Under the pieces are notes generated by a model, which did not search any database, was not told the origin of the DNA, and saw only the letters and a list, made by a program, of their open reading frames with translations. A DNA stretch of 64,000 nucleotides from the human T2T-CHM13v2.0 reference genome, Homo sapiens: the NCBI RefSeq assembly GCF_009914755.1, contig NC_060926.1. One strand, given 5' to 3'. The position numbers and the translations under genes are program-made. Positions 49,781 to 62,249 of this stretch are shown in pieces (the stretch's first letter is position 1; the number at the start of each line of letters is the position of its first letter).

Positions 49781-52056
49781 AGAACTGGAACTGCAGTACA
49801 GTGGGAGTATTTGTCCATTTTGTAAAGGACAAAGCATTCCTCTAAAAAAAAAGTGAGCACAATAAAATTCCCACGCAAATGCGAGTGTTTAGGTCAAATC
49901 GTGACCTCCTGGGTATTATTTAGGCGTTTACATATACATTATATTATTACTTCCAAGGAATTCCAAATGTACTTAAAAAAATAAAGTTCAAATTAAATGA
50001 ATATATATGTATGTACACACACATATATACACACATATTCATGTAATCATTCCCTATGAGTTTATCATAGTTGTGTTAATAATAAATTCTTAGTTAAAAT
50101 TCACCCCCACATACCTTACCTTACATTAAGAAGAAAGAAATCTGTAAATAATACTGACACAATATTTTAAATCACAGATTTATACATGTATATGTTTTTC
50201 TTACACATTTGTGCATGTCTATGAAAACAGAATGTATATTTGATATGGGGCACCTGCACACACACACGCAGGCACAATATTCTTTCAACAGCTTTGGTTA
50301 CCTTAAGCTGTAGGTGTAACTCACTGCAATGACAGGCTGCTGTGTTGATAAGCATAGTATCTAATGTTTTACCCTTAAGGTAAGGCATCCCTGGACCCAG
50401 CAGCATTAAAGAACACGTCTTCCCTTACCACACTGTCACTGCATTTCATTCAACCTCATCGTGTTGACAACAACTGCCCCAGCCTGAATCGGGCTCCAGT
50501 GAAGCATTTGTATTCTTTCCACCCATTCTCTGCATGACTTTTAGAGCTGAGATACCAGCCCTCAAATGGCTCAAGAGAAGAGGAAAAATGAATGAATCAT
50601 GAAGCCACAGAGCCACAGCAGAGCAACACTGCAGTCTGCATTTTGCAGTTACATTGTAGCTCACTTGATACAGTATGATTTCTTCAAAAATGATATCGAG
50701 TACTCTGCAGTAAGGTACCATAAAATCCTTTATGATGTAGAAGAACTGGGGAATACTCAAATGACCATTTAGATTAAAAATCTGTAGTTTGCGATTAAAC
50801 CGTATAACCAAATGTTTTGTCTCTAAGTATCTGTCACCTGCCTCCTTAAATTATTTCTAATATATTTTGTACTTCATGTATTAGTTTATTCCACATGTTA
50901 AAGCCCTTGGTATTAGGAAATACATATGTCATTAATTTTGTTTATTTATGTATGTATTTATTTATTTGTAAGAGAAAAGAAATTGGAACATATTGCCACT
51001 TCTAATGGGTATGTCCTCCAATTTAGTACAAAGAAAAAAAGCCCATATAATTTTTTGTGTGGAAATACACACAAGTTATAACCTAGGATGTATTTCCAAC
51101 TGTAGGATACATATGCTGATCACTTTAACAAACGATAGATTGATCTCTCATAGTATAGAAAGTTCAATCTCTTTCCTTTCTGTTCTCTGGACTCTGGTCT
51201 CATCATGAGACCAGAAACAAAAAGGAGCCGTGACGTTTCTTCAGGTGCCATGTTGCACACCAGGTGAGGAGCCGGGAACTAGACCTTCATGGAAAGCATG
51301 ACGATGACTTCATGACCTTTTCTTCAGAATTATGTCTGCACCAGTGATGGAGAGCTGTGACATCTAAAGGGAGTCTGAGATTAATTTAGGTCTGGAGCAA
51401 ACAGCATAGAATTGCTATAGTTGGGTAGTAAATTGGTAAAACCTGGAATCCAGATATTACTATATCAGAGTGTACACTATGCAAAATCAGGCACTAACAT
51501 AGCCCTCCGCCACTGTATTGGGGAACAACTTTCCAAGTTAGCTATATATCAGAGAGGGGGTGGTTTATTAATTTATCAATGATAAGGATGGGGAACCCAT
51601 TTTCATTACAGGGAATTAGCTTCAACTAATCAAAACATCTATAGAGTGACTCAATAGCAAATAGATAAAAGAAATAAGGTGTTGGTGGTTAATTTGCTAA
51701 ATAGAATAATGAGAAAGAAATTTAGGAGACATATCATGAAGAAGAGCTGAGGTATCAAGAATAGTTGTGGTCAGATAGAATTTGGTTGTGTAATCTCGGT
51801 GAAATGACTGGACCACAAGGGGTAGACCATGAACCTCAGAGCTCATGCGTTATTTTTGCAGCTATCCCAGGCTGACCATTCTATTCAGTATAAACCCATA
51901 TTAGGGGAGTCTGGAGCAGGTAGAGTTGAAAACATCTGTATTCAGATCACTTGGCCTGATTTTATAGAACTGGTTATTTATTGGCAAAATATATAGATAT
52001 AAATATGAAATATAATTCTGAGATCTAAAAGAGCATTGAGAATTTAAGATGTAGGT

Positions 52057-52358
52057 AAGGGGTGCCCAACCCCAGTCCATGTCTCTTAGGGACTGGGCCG
52101 CACCACAGGAGGTGAATGGTGGGGAAGTGAGCATTATTGCCTGAGCTCCGACAAGTCAGTGGCGACATTAGACTCTCATGAGAGTGTGATCCCTATAGTG
52201 AACTGTGTGTGTGAGGGATCTAGGTTGTGTGCTCCTTATGAAAATCTAATGCCTGATGATCTGAGGTGAAACACCTCCCCACCCCGACACGTTCTGTGGA
52301 AAAATTGTCTTCCATGAATGAAACCAGTCCCTGATGCCAAAAAGGTTGGGTACTGCTG
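52057..52358 (+). mobile_element. MER1B hAT DNA transposon
   Basis: aggggtgcccaacccc...gagggatctaggttgtgtgctccttatgaaaatctaatgcctgatgatctgaggtg...ccaaaaaggttgggtactgctg. Confidence 0.9.
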
Positions 52359-54075
52359 GTTTAGATTATTATAACCAGCAAACTAAGATAATCTATAGAA
52401 GGTATTTATTCTACTCAAAGTCTATAATTTTATAAAATGTCTGCAATTTTGTGAAAGTAAATACCTTTCATTTCACCCTCAGTGGCCCAATAAATTCAAA
52501 AATACGCATATTGCAACAAAACTTTCCACATTACCTGCACACCCTTGAGACTCAGTCTCTGAACTATTTTGCATCTGGGGTTTTTATATCGCATTTCATT
52601 TCTTTGTGCTATCAGGTTAGTATCTGCAATGATTCAAGCTATTTGAAGAAAGGGACTTATGCCTTTTAGCTTATGAGTACATAGGAATAGTGCTGGTCTA
52701 AATCAGGTTCTCAATAAGAATATTTTTATTTATTTTTATAATTAGCTTATGGGTCTCATCCCTGAAGTTAAAAAAAAAAGCCACTTACTTTATTCAAAAT
52801 TATATTTTTCTTCACTGTACAGAAAACAGTAATAATTATCATGCTCATTTAGAAGAGTTTTGGTGCTGAAAATCATTCAGAAAAGAGAATCTAGAAAAAA
52901 ACATGGAGGCAGAGAAGACGATGGGGTTCAACAAAAGGAGAAAGATGTACAGCCCGGTCCACACTGTAGTAATTGTTTCACTCTTTCTGAATTTCCAGCA
53001 TTGGAACCTCCTTCCTACATCCCAACCCTCCCCAATATTTGAGCCTCCTTAGTAGGTAGGGACTGCCTCTCACTCTAGATACTAAAATAACAAGCTATTT
53101 ATTTTTCCAACTTCTCTTTCAGCAAAGACATGGACACATGGCCTACGATTCACCATTATGACATGCCCAATTTAGATTTTGAATTGTGTGTTGATCCCAC
53201 AGAAAACCATATTCCTTAAAGATTCTCCTATGGCAATGGTGGTTGTGCAGTATAATTGAGAAAGAGTGGCAGTGTGTAGGGTTTATGGTGGTTGTAGCAG
53301 CATCCTGAGAAAACCAGCTGTGCTATATACTTTTAGATATTATCACTAATGTGCTAATCTCCAAGTTTGAGATTTCAACCATCCTAGTAGATCTGACTTG
53401 TGTGCTTAATTCAGTCAGAATATTTACTTGTAACTAAGTACACGAAATGAGGCACATGTGTTTACTAAGAATGCAGACAACTCAATCTCTGAGAAACAGC
53501 AGTTTTGTTATCTTTCCTGGTAGAAAACATCTCATAAGACAGGAATTTGTCAGCTCATGATACATGGTAGAAAACCAATTAAATGGCCAGCCCTGACCGT
53601 ATGGAATAATTTGCTGAAATAGATGGGTGTTCTACAAAGTTCCTACTTGATTTACGGAACTGAAGAAATTTGGTATCTGTGCACAGGTGTCGGACCTGAG
53701 TCCTACCATAAAGATTTGAGGATCCTCACCCAATCTCGGAAATAAGTTGGCTTCTAGACTCAGGATATCTAAAATGAAGACATGCCTTTAAAGAATGATC
53801 TTGCAGTAACATCGTGAACATAAATGTCCTTTCCCAGATGGCCCTACAGCCGTTTGTCAGAGTAATTCTGTATTTGAAAACAGAAATGCCCCTAACTCAT
53901 GGGCTTCATTGGACTTTGGCTTGCCTCAACTTCTGGGAACCCAGAATACCAAGTGGTCCACTTGAGAGAGATGTACAGGGAGCGAGGCTGGTGATGCATG
54001 CTCAGTGGGGCCTTAAACCCTCCCTTCATTTCCCCAAAATTCCTATGGGCAGAGATGAAAACCATATATTCAATA

Positions 54076-54206
54076 AGCTGGGTGTAGTGGTGCCCACATG
54101 TAGTCCTAGCTACTCAGGAAGCTGAGATAGGTGTATCACTGGAGCCCAAGAGTTCAAGGCTGCAGGGAGCTATGATCATGTCACTGCACTCCAGACACAG
54201 TGACAT
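54076..54206 (+). mobile_element. Old Alu monomer (FAM/FRAM-like), tail missing
   Basis: gctgggtgtagtggtg...tgtagtcctagctactcaggaagctgag...ttcaaggctgcagggagctatgatcatgtcactgcactccag. Confidence 0.8.
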
Positions 54207-54608
54207 ACAATGATAGACTGGATTAAGAAAACGTGGCACATATACACCATGGAATACTATGCAGCCATAAAAAATGATGAGTTCATGTCCTTTGTAGGGA
54301 CATGGATGAAGCTGGAAACCATCATTCTCAGAAAACTATCGCAAGGACAAAAAACCAAACACCGCATGTTCTCACTCATAGGTGGGAATTGAACAATGAG
54401 AACACATGGACACAGGAAGGGGAACATCACACACCGGGGCTTGTTGTGGGGTGGGGGGAGGGAGGAGGGATAGCATTAGGAGATATACCTAATGTTAAAT
54501 GATGAGTTAATGGGTACAGCACAACAACATGGCACATGTATACATATGTAACAAACCTGCACGTTGTGCACATGTACCCTAAAACTTACAGTATAATAAT
54601 AAAAAAAA
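54207..54608 (+). mobile_element. Young 5'-truncated L1PA (PA3/PA4-like) 3' end
   Basis: ORF2 C-terminus MIDWIKKTWHIYTMEYYAAIKNDEFMSFVGTWMKLETIIL...SLIGGN*, G-rich 3'UTR and poly-A. Confidence 0.96.
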
Positions 54609-54687
54609 GATATTTTCAATAGCCAGCAGAATCCCCTCCCTGGATCCCTAATAAATGGACTATCAAAATAGTAAATCGAAATAATAA

Positions 54688-54754
54688 TTTTATTATTATT
54701 ATACTTTAAGTTTTAGGGTACATGTGCACAACGTGCAGGTTTGTTACATATGTA
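54688..54754 (-). mobile_element. Very short L1PA 3' terminus
   Basis: ttttattattattatactttaagttttagggtacatgtgcacaacgtgcaggtttgttacatatgta. Confidence 0.93.
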
Positions 54755-56353
54755 ACAAGTACTGTGACATTGCTGGGGAAATGATAGCTGTAAAGTTGCC
54801 AGTGGTGATAACGGAAGGCATGCTGGTCTTTCATTCTTTGGTGGGGCTAGCACAGAAGACGGGATTCTGGAGAACCGTGGTGAGCTGATAGAGGACGAAG
54901 TTCCAAATGTAGCTTCTCTACTCCAGCAAATCCTCATAGCTCCAACCACAAGGAAATGGATGTTATCCCAATGAAAGGATTAGACCAAGATTAGTATTTC
55001 TTCCTATTTTAGGAACAACAACACATCTTCACTGTCCTATCCTAGGTTATATTAATTCTTTATCTTTGCAGAAAATACAATTTCTCTCTGCCCAGAGGAC
55101 ATAAGGGTGGCCCCACTACAGCAATGATAGAACACTGCAAGAACCTGGAGAACAGGGGCCAGTGTTCACGCTACATTTCTTGACAAAATAGAGACCTGCT
55201 AGAGATCAGAAAGTGAATTCAACAAAAATATAGGGGTCTGCACCTTATAAAGTTACTGGAATCTGATTGTTTGGGGAATGGCCAGGTTATGTTTCTAAAC
55301 AGAAAGGCAAGAAGCGTTGCCTTCCACTCCTGGTTTCCTCTTTTTGGAGGCTCAGGCTACTGTGGGAGCAGGTTGCATAGGGGTTAGGTGTTCAGTAAAG
55401 GGATTGACCCAGATTATCAAAGGAATACAGGGGTCGCTACACGGGGAGGGCCCCGCTCTAACTTCAGGGCCATGAACTGAAAGCCCCTCATTTTTTCATC
55501 TTAAATATGGCATCTTGGTGGACTAATGACTAACCTGAAAGCAAAAAGAAGATTCTTGGGGCATCTTTCAATAATGCCAGGTTCAGTCATAACAGCCAAA
55601 GGAAGACTAGAGCTTCCAACACTGAGAACTCATCTCTCTCACTGCAGACGCCATCCTACAAGGTGAGCACCTCTGACCAGCTGAGGAGCCGGCTGGATGC
55701 AGAGAGCCTGGGACAGAGCCAGGAAGATGCTCATGCTCACCTTGTAGACAAAAGGCTTAGAATATTTAACTGCATTTATCTTCCTTCCTGGGTCATGTAC
55801 ATCTTTATATAACTGAATTAATTTTCTGCTTTTCTCTCTTTCCCCTGTCATTTTAAGGTGATAGTGGCCTATAGTATGAAGCATGTTGACATGGAATTGT
55901 AGCAGAATAGAGAAGAAGTGGGCACAAGCTAGGAATCCTGGACTGGGAGCTGAGCACAGAGAATCAAGCCATTCCTTTCTAAGAACTGGGGGAATGATCT
56001 CGTTCAGGAGAGGATTGAGTTAAGATGCATAAGTGCTTTTTAGGGATGTGTGCTGATGTGGGGCAGCATGGGATGAAAATAGCAGACACTTACTCCATGT
56101 TGATGCTTCACAGAGGAAGGTCACACCCTGAGAGCCTGGGCAGGTGGAGAAGGCTTCTCCGGTGAGTGCAAGAATGGAGGAGGCGCTGGAGCTGTTCTGA
56201 GGGAACCCCCTCAGCGGCCTGGACATTAGAAATGGCCTCAGCCCTCTGTCCTCATCTTCCACTCCTGAGCATTCGGCAAGATGCCAGTATCTTGTTAATA
56301 AATGGCCTTTTCTGCTGAAAGGAGCCTGTTGGTTTCCTTTGTTTATATCTCAG

Positions 56354-56433
56354 AGCTTTCACTGATACAACACACAGACACAGAATACAAAGGCACACAC
56401 ACACACAGATACCTAAACCCTGGGTCTTTCAAG
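56354..56433 (+). other. Candidate 80-nt exon of a plus-strand non-coding transcript
   Basis: tttcctttgtttatatctcag|AGCTTT...TTTCAAG|gtaaga. Confidence 0.3.
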
Positions 56434-56637
56434 GTAAGAGCCCAAGCTCCGGCACAGTTTCTCCTTTTCTACCTCTCATCATGGATCTGCTGCCACCCTT
56501 CACCCCAAACCCTGGCCTGTTTGCTTTCTGAGAAGTGGTCTTGTTCATTCATTACCATCTTCTGAGCCTTTGTGTGGAGTGGCCCTGCTCCGCACAAATC
56601 CGATGAGTTCTGGCTCCAAAACTTGTTTCTCTCTCAG

Positions 56638-56715
56638 CTGCAAATGCAAAATCCTCTAGACTCCAGAAACAAAATAAATTGCACCACAGTCCAAATCCTA
56701 TCAGAAATGAAACAA
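56638..56715 (+). other. Candidate 78-nt exon of a plus-strand non-coding transcript
   Basis: cttgtttctctctcag|CTGCAA...GAAACAA|gtaagt. Confidence 0.3.
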
Positions 56716-56974
56716 GTAAGTAGGCTAAAAAACCCCACAAACTTTATGGCATAGTTAGTTACCAACCCTTTTGTGATATCAAGCTGGAAGAAACTTTGCA
56801 AGGAGAAATATCTTAACAATGTTTCTTTGATGTGTGGTCTTATTCATTTGTAATAAAGGACAATTCCTGTTTTTCTTTTAATACACTACACAGCAGGTGT
56901 TCTCTTTCCCAATTATGGACTGAAAGGCCTTTGTCTTCTATTTCATCTTATTCTTGTGATAGATGTAGGAGCCA

Positions 56975-57102
56975 TGGGTGTCTCCTGAGAGCTTGTTGAA
57001 AACGCAGCATCTTGGGCCCCTCTCGGACCCACTGACGTAGGATCTGCCTTTAACCTAACTCTTCTGTGAACTGTACGCACAGTAAAGTTTGAGAAACACT
57101 GG
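56975..57102. mobile_element. MER5-family fragment
   Basis: gagcttgttgaaaacgcagcatcttgggcccc...taaagtttgagaaacactgg. Confidence 0.65.
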
Positions 57103-57278
57103 ACTGGATCAGTGCCTTCCAAAAGATATATACTTTAAGCCTCAGGTTTAATTAAATTTATTCTAATAGCTACATATTTTGAAACAGAAACAGGTGAAAT
57201 AAGCTTTGATAATTCATTTTACTTAATACACATAGAATATTGTTAATCAGCATCCAATTTATTAATGAGATATTTTAC

Positions 57279-57568
<290 letters not shown>

Positions 57569-57857
57569 CTTTTTTTTTGAGATGGAGTCTCACTCTGTTG
57601 CCCAGGCTGGAGTGCAATGGCGCAATCTTGGCTCACCACAACCTCCACTTCCCAGGTTCAAGTGATTCTCCTGCCTCGGCCACCTGAGTAGCTGGGATTA
57701 CAGGCACGTGCCAACATGCCACGCTAAGTTTTGTATTTTTAGTAGAGACGGGGTTTCACTATGTTGGCCAGGCTGGTCTGAGATCCTGACCTCGTGATCT
57801 GCCTGCCTTGGCCTCCCAAAGCATTGGGATTACAGGTGTGAGCCACTGTGCCTGGCC
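57569..57857 (-). mobile_element. Alu, AluSg-like
   Basis: gagatggagtctcactctgttgcccagg...gacctcgtgatc...cctggcc; full dimer in tandem with the previous Alu. Confidence 0.95.
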
Positions 57858-59056
57858 TATTTTACATTTTTAAAAACAATCTGGTGTGTGTTCTGCACTT
57901 AAACCCCATCAGAATTTGTACCAGCAGCGTTTCAAGGGTTCAATTGCCACACTTCACTGGTGACTACCATATTGAATTCTCGGATAGAAACTGCCAGATT
58001 TCTCCTCTAGTTTCACACTGGGATAGGTCTGCTGGACTTCCCCCTGTCTACAGAAACCATAGAAATACCCTATGGGGCAATGTGAAATACTGTCGATAAC
58101 CAAAGATCCAGCACATTTTCACACATAGACATAAATATTAATAAATATTCATTGACTGACTGAATACATGAATGTTTGCTCAACACTGGGACACGTGCTT
58201 GGACTCTTGTCCCCGCCCTTAAGAATGTCTTTGTGGATCCTTCCCTTCTGCCTGCTTCAATTGTCATCTGGTTGTTACTGTATAATCTTGTAACTTGTGT
58301 TCTACTTAGATTCCTTTAGTTGTATGTAACAAAAAGAAAGGCATGGGATATTCTGCAGCTTTGGAGTTTGGGAACTCAGTCAATGCTGTTTATTCTACAT
58401 CTGCTCTTCCTGCCTCACATTTCCCTGGATCTCCGGGGTTGGCCTGTCTGTCCTATAACTGCCACAGGCCCTTCCTAGGAAGCCTGTCCATTCCCCAGGG
58501 CTCTGGACCTGTGTTTCTGTTTGACTTGCTCTGCTATTCATTCCCTAACCTTTCTGAAAGTCCAGTGTGGACAACAACATATATTGTATTGGCTTTTAGA
58601 TCTTTTACCAATGTAAATTTCAGAGGCCTCTCCTGACAACATTCTGTGATTGATGGCAAGTTTTATACCAGGGTGCCTGAGACATGCTTCTTCTGCACTA
58701 TTTCTGAATGTATGCATTCATGAGCTGTGCTGTTTTTCCTTGAACCTACTTTCACCCTCATCTGAAAAGAATTTCAAAGGCTGGAGTTGAATTCCCATGT
58801 TATTTTATGGAGGCCATGAGAAGTGGTGTTTGGAACCTCTCTCTTTAAATTTATCTTAAATAGTTGCCTAATGCAGACAATCTACTTTAGTTTGTAGAAT
58901 TGGAATCTCATTTTCCAAATTCACTTATAATAAAAACACAAGCAGATGTTAGAATTATAGGAAATTAGAAGTGAAAAGGCTACCTTAGAGATGATCTACG
59001 TTATAGTTTAGAAAACTGAAGTCTAGAAAGGTGGTGACTGGTCTGATATCATTGAT

Positions 59057-59160
59057 GAGAGAAAAAGTGAGAGAGAGAGACAGAGAGAAAACAGAGATAG
59101 AGACAGAGGGAGACAGAGAGACAAAGAGAGATGAGACAGGCAGATAGAGACAGAAAGAGA
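59057..59160. repeat. GA-rich low-complexity tract
   Basis: gagagagagacagagagaaaacagagatagagacagaggg... Confidence 0.8.
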
Positions 59161-59347
59161 TCCTTTAAGCTACCACAGTCACTCACTCAGGATGGAGTAC
59201 TGGCCTGCATGAATAAACCTGGTGGTTTGTCCAATAAATTATACTATCTTAAAGACATCTAAGAATGTTTGGTTAGCAGGAAATTAAAACTTCTTTTCTA
59301 GGCCACTAGAGCTCAAATTGGGACATTAACTCAAATTTGAATACGTG

Positions 59348-59552
59348 TATCTGCACGGTGGATTTCAAGCTAGGTCTCTTTGAATTTGCTGTGTTCCTTT
59401 AATCAGTTCTAAGTGACAGAGGGGCTTCACAAAATACCTTCCATACATTATCTGCATGGTGGATTTCAAGCTAGGTCTCATCGAATTTGCTGTGTTCCTT
59501 TAACCAGATCTAAGTGACAGAGGGGCTTCACAAAATACCTTCCATACATTAT
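59348..59552. repeat. Tandem duplication, 2 x 101 bp
   Basis: tatctgca(c/t)ggtggatttcaagctagg...ccttccatacat at 59348 and 59449, with 5 mismatches. Confidence 0.96.
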
Positions 59553-61319
59553 TTTACTTAATTTGAAAGTCAGAAGATATACTTATAAAGTAATATGAGT
59601 GATTTAAAAAATACTCAAACTGAAGACATTCAAAATACTCTTTCTCTTTCATGAGGATCATATTTATTCCAGAGCTTTATATTGTTTGAGACAAGGCTTA
59701 AGTTCTTCAAGATAAGTTTGGGATACCTTTAGGTTATCTGGCATATCTTATGTAATTTCTTCATTGCAGAAAAATCTTTATTCTTGGAAGTCGAATGTCT
59801 AGAAAGAGCCAAAATTGTTAAAATATCAATTCTAGTAAATAAAATAAATTCTCCATTTGTTAATACTGTTCAGACAAAAAAGTAAAATGTGTTTAAAAGG
59901 TAACAAGGCAAATTTTTAAATGTATGCCTTAAAATCTGGGTCCGAAAGATGGGTCTCAAATAAAAAACCTATGTTGGTCACAGCCTCAAAATCCCAGCCA
60001 CGTGAAACCCTGATTAGAATCTGCTCCTGAGGCCTCCTGGCTTCTCTGGCACTTGACATTGTGAAGAACACCAAAGGCAGATTGAGCATATTCAATAATG
60101 TAAAAAGGAGTCAGATCTGAAAGTATCCAGCAAAGCCAACATGAAGGCAAAAACAAAATAACAGTTGTTCTAACCAGAGCGTGGGCTTTGTAATGGGTGG
60201 GGACTTAGACCCTAGGGTAGGTGAAGGGTCAACTTGCAGCATGACCTCCAGCAGGGGCTGAGCATCAAAACGGGAAGCGCAGAGAACCGTCAGGTCAATC
60301 CTTGTACTGCAAGACCCATTTTTCTTCAGTGGGGACACTTAGTAGGTCCTCAGCAGCAAATGCCTCCTCTCTACCACTCCTACTGAGGAGCACTGTGAGA
60401 TCAGGAAGAGACAGACTGCAAAGGGAGAGAAGGGCCACAGAAACTGGAAGGGGCCCAGGGGAAGGGTGGAGTGGAGAGGCAGGGTGAGGTTCTGAGGAGA
60501 GCTCAGGAGAACAGCAAGCCTGATTTCACAGGCGTGGCAATTAGGGAAGTTAGAAGGCACATTTATTAAAATACAGTGTATGTACTTAAAGGTCTTAGAT
60601 TTGTTCTCATTTTATTTTTCAAGTTTCATATTTATTGTCATCAATTAGAAAATGCAAATAAAGAATAAGAAAAAAAAAGCATAAAGTTCCACTGCCAGCT
60701 TTAATGCAATTAATGTTATGTTATGCTCAGACATTTTTTAAACATTGTTTTCTACTTGTTACACTAAACATAAAATAATAAAATCCATTCATTTGGCCTT
60801 TCCTCAGCAGCTTCTTTAAAAAATATAAGACATCTATCTTTATATTTTGAATATCCCTATTTTATAATGAGAACTGAGTGGTCGCTTATGCAATACAACA
60901 ATAACTGCAAAAATTGAAGATAAGAGAAAAACTTAGAAATATGGTAGACCCACTTCTCTTTATAGTTGAGAAAACAGGCCTCAAGAAATGAAGAATGTTA
61001 CCTCCACTAAGACCTTTTTATTTGTTGTGACTGCCAGCAAGTACATTCAATGATTTAATTATTTAACGGAGTCCAAAAATCACAAGAGAGGAAAGCAGTC
61101 TCCACCCAATGGGTGCCCTTTAGGCCAGGATTTTATATTCAGCTTAATGCTAGAGGTCCTAACTAACATAACTTCAATGCAGACAATGTAATTGTAACCA
61201 TAAGGAGGTAAGGTGCGATTTCTGCATGCAAGATCATCACTCCGTTATCACGCTTACTCCATGCAGTCATGCTGGCCCTGGTGGTTCTGTGCACAGACAC
61301 CCTGAACCCACACAGCCAC

Positions 61320-61520
61320 TTGCCTGGGTCTGGGCACTGGCTTCGTGGCTTCCTAGCTCTGAGGTCGTCAGCAAATGACCCTTGTGCCTGTGTTTTCTCC
61401 TGTGCAAAATGAGGAAAACAGCAGCACCTGCTTCATGAGGTTGTTCTGACAATTCCAAGAGTTGATTCCTATAAAGTGAGCAAAGTGTGTCCACACCTAA
61501 TATGTTCAATCAATGCTGGA
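61320..61520 (+). mobile_element. MIR relic
   Basis: tgtgcctgtgttttctcctgtgcaaaatgagg...gcacctgcttcatgaggttgttctgac is the MIR core. Confidence 0.75.
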
Positions 61521-62249
61521 GGCTACATTGTTCCTGTTTTTGTGACTATAAACCATGGCATTAGTTCCCTCTAGGGAGGAATGTTGGGGAATAAAGGAAA
61601 TGAGAATTTGGGCGAGCATAAGAGGACCTAACTTATATTCAGTGTTGCATTTATTTTTTAAAAAATGAAAAAAATGACAACATGTTAACATTAGGTAATT
61701 TATGTTGTGTACTTGGTATTATATATTTCCCGTATTTTTCTAAGTATCTAAAAATGCTTATATTTTAAAACATATATAATGTTTGCCAGCATAGCCTAAG
61801 ACCATTTTATCTTTATCTTAATTTCCTCCAAACATAACAGTATAGATACATCATAGGCCTTTTCTATTTTGTCTTTCAACCTTTTTAAGTTATAAAATAA
61901 AAAAAAGATACAGGAATATGACACAGAACTGATGCAGAGAAAATAAATTCTTCTGAAGGAAACCACTCTCTTGACCTCCACTCAGGTAAAAAAATAGGAC
62001 TTTTCCAGCCCCCCACACCAGGCTCTCCACGTGCTGAGTCCTGAACACAGCGGCCTTCTTCCTCCACAAATTCACCTGGATCATGGAGTCTCCTGTATTT
62101 TTCTTAACTTCATGTGCATGGTGCAGTTCAACATGTTCTTCTGTCCTCTGAGTTTCCTGCCTAGGGCATCCTGGACTCCGGGCTTCAGAAGGATTGCGTC
62201 CCACACCTAAGGCCTGCCTTTCATGGGGCCAAGTGTTTCCATGAGGAAG

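Noticed and set aside
53020-53400. Possible LTR33/MLT-like ancient LTR
   Set aside because: The resemblance is too faint to assign family or boundaries by eye.
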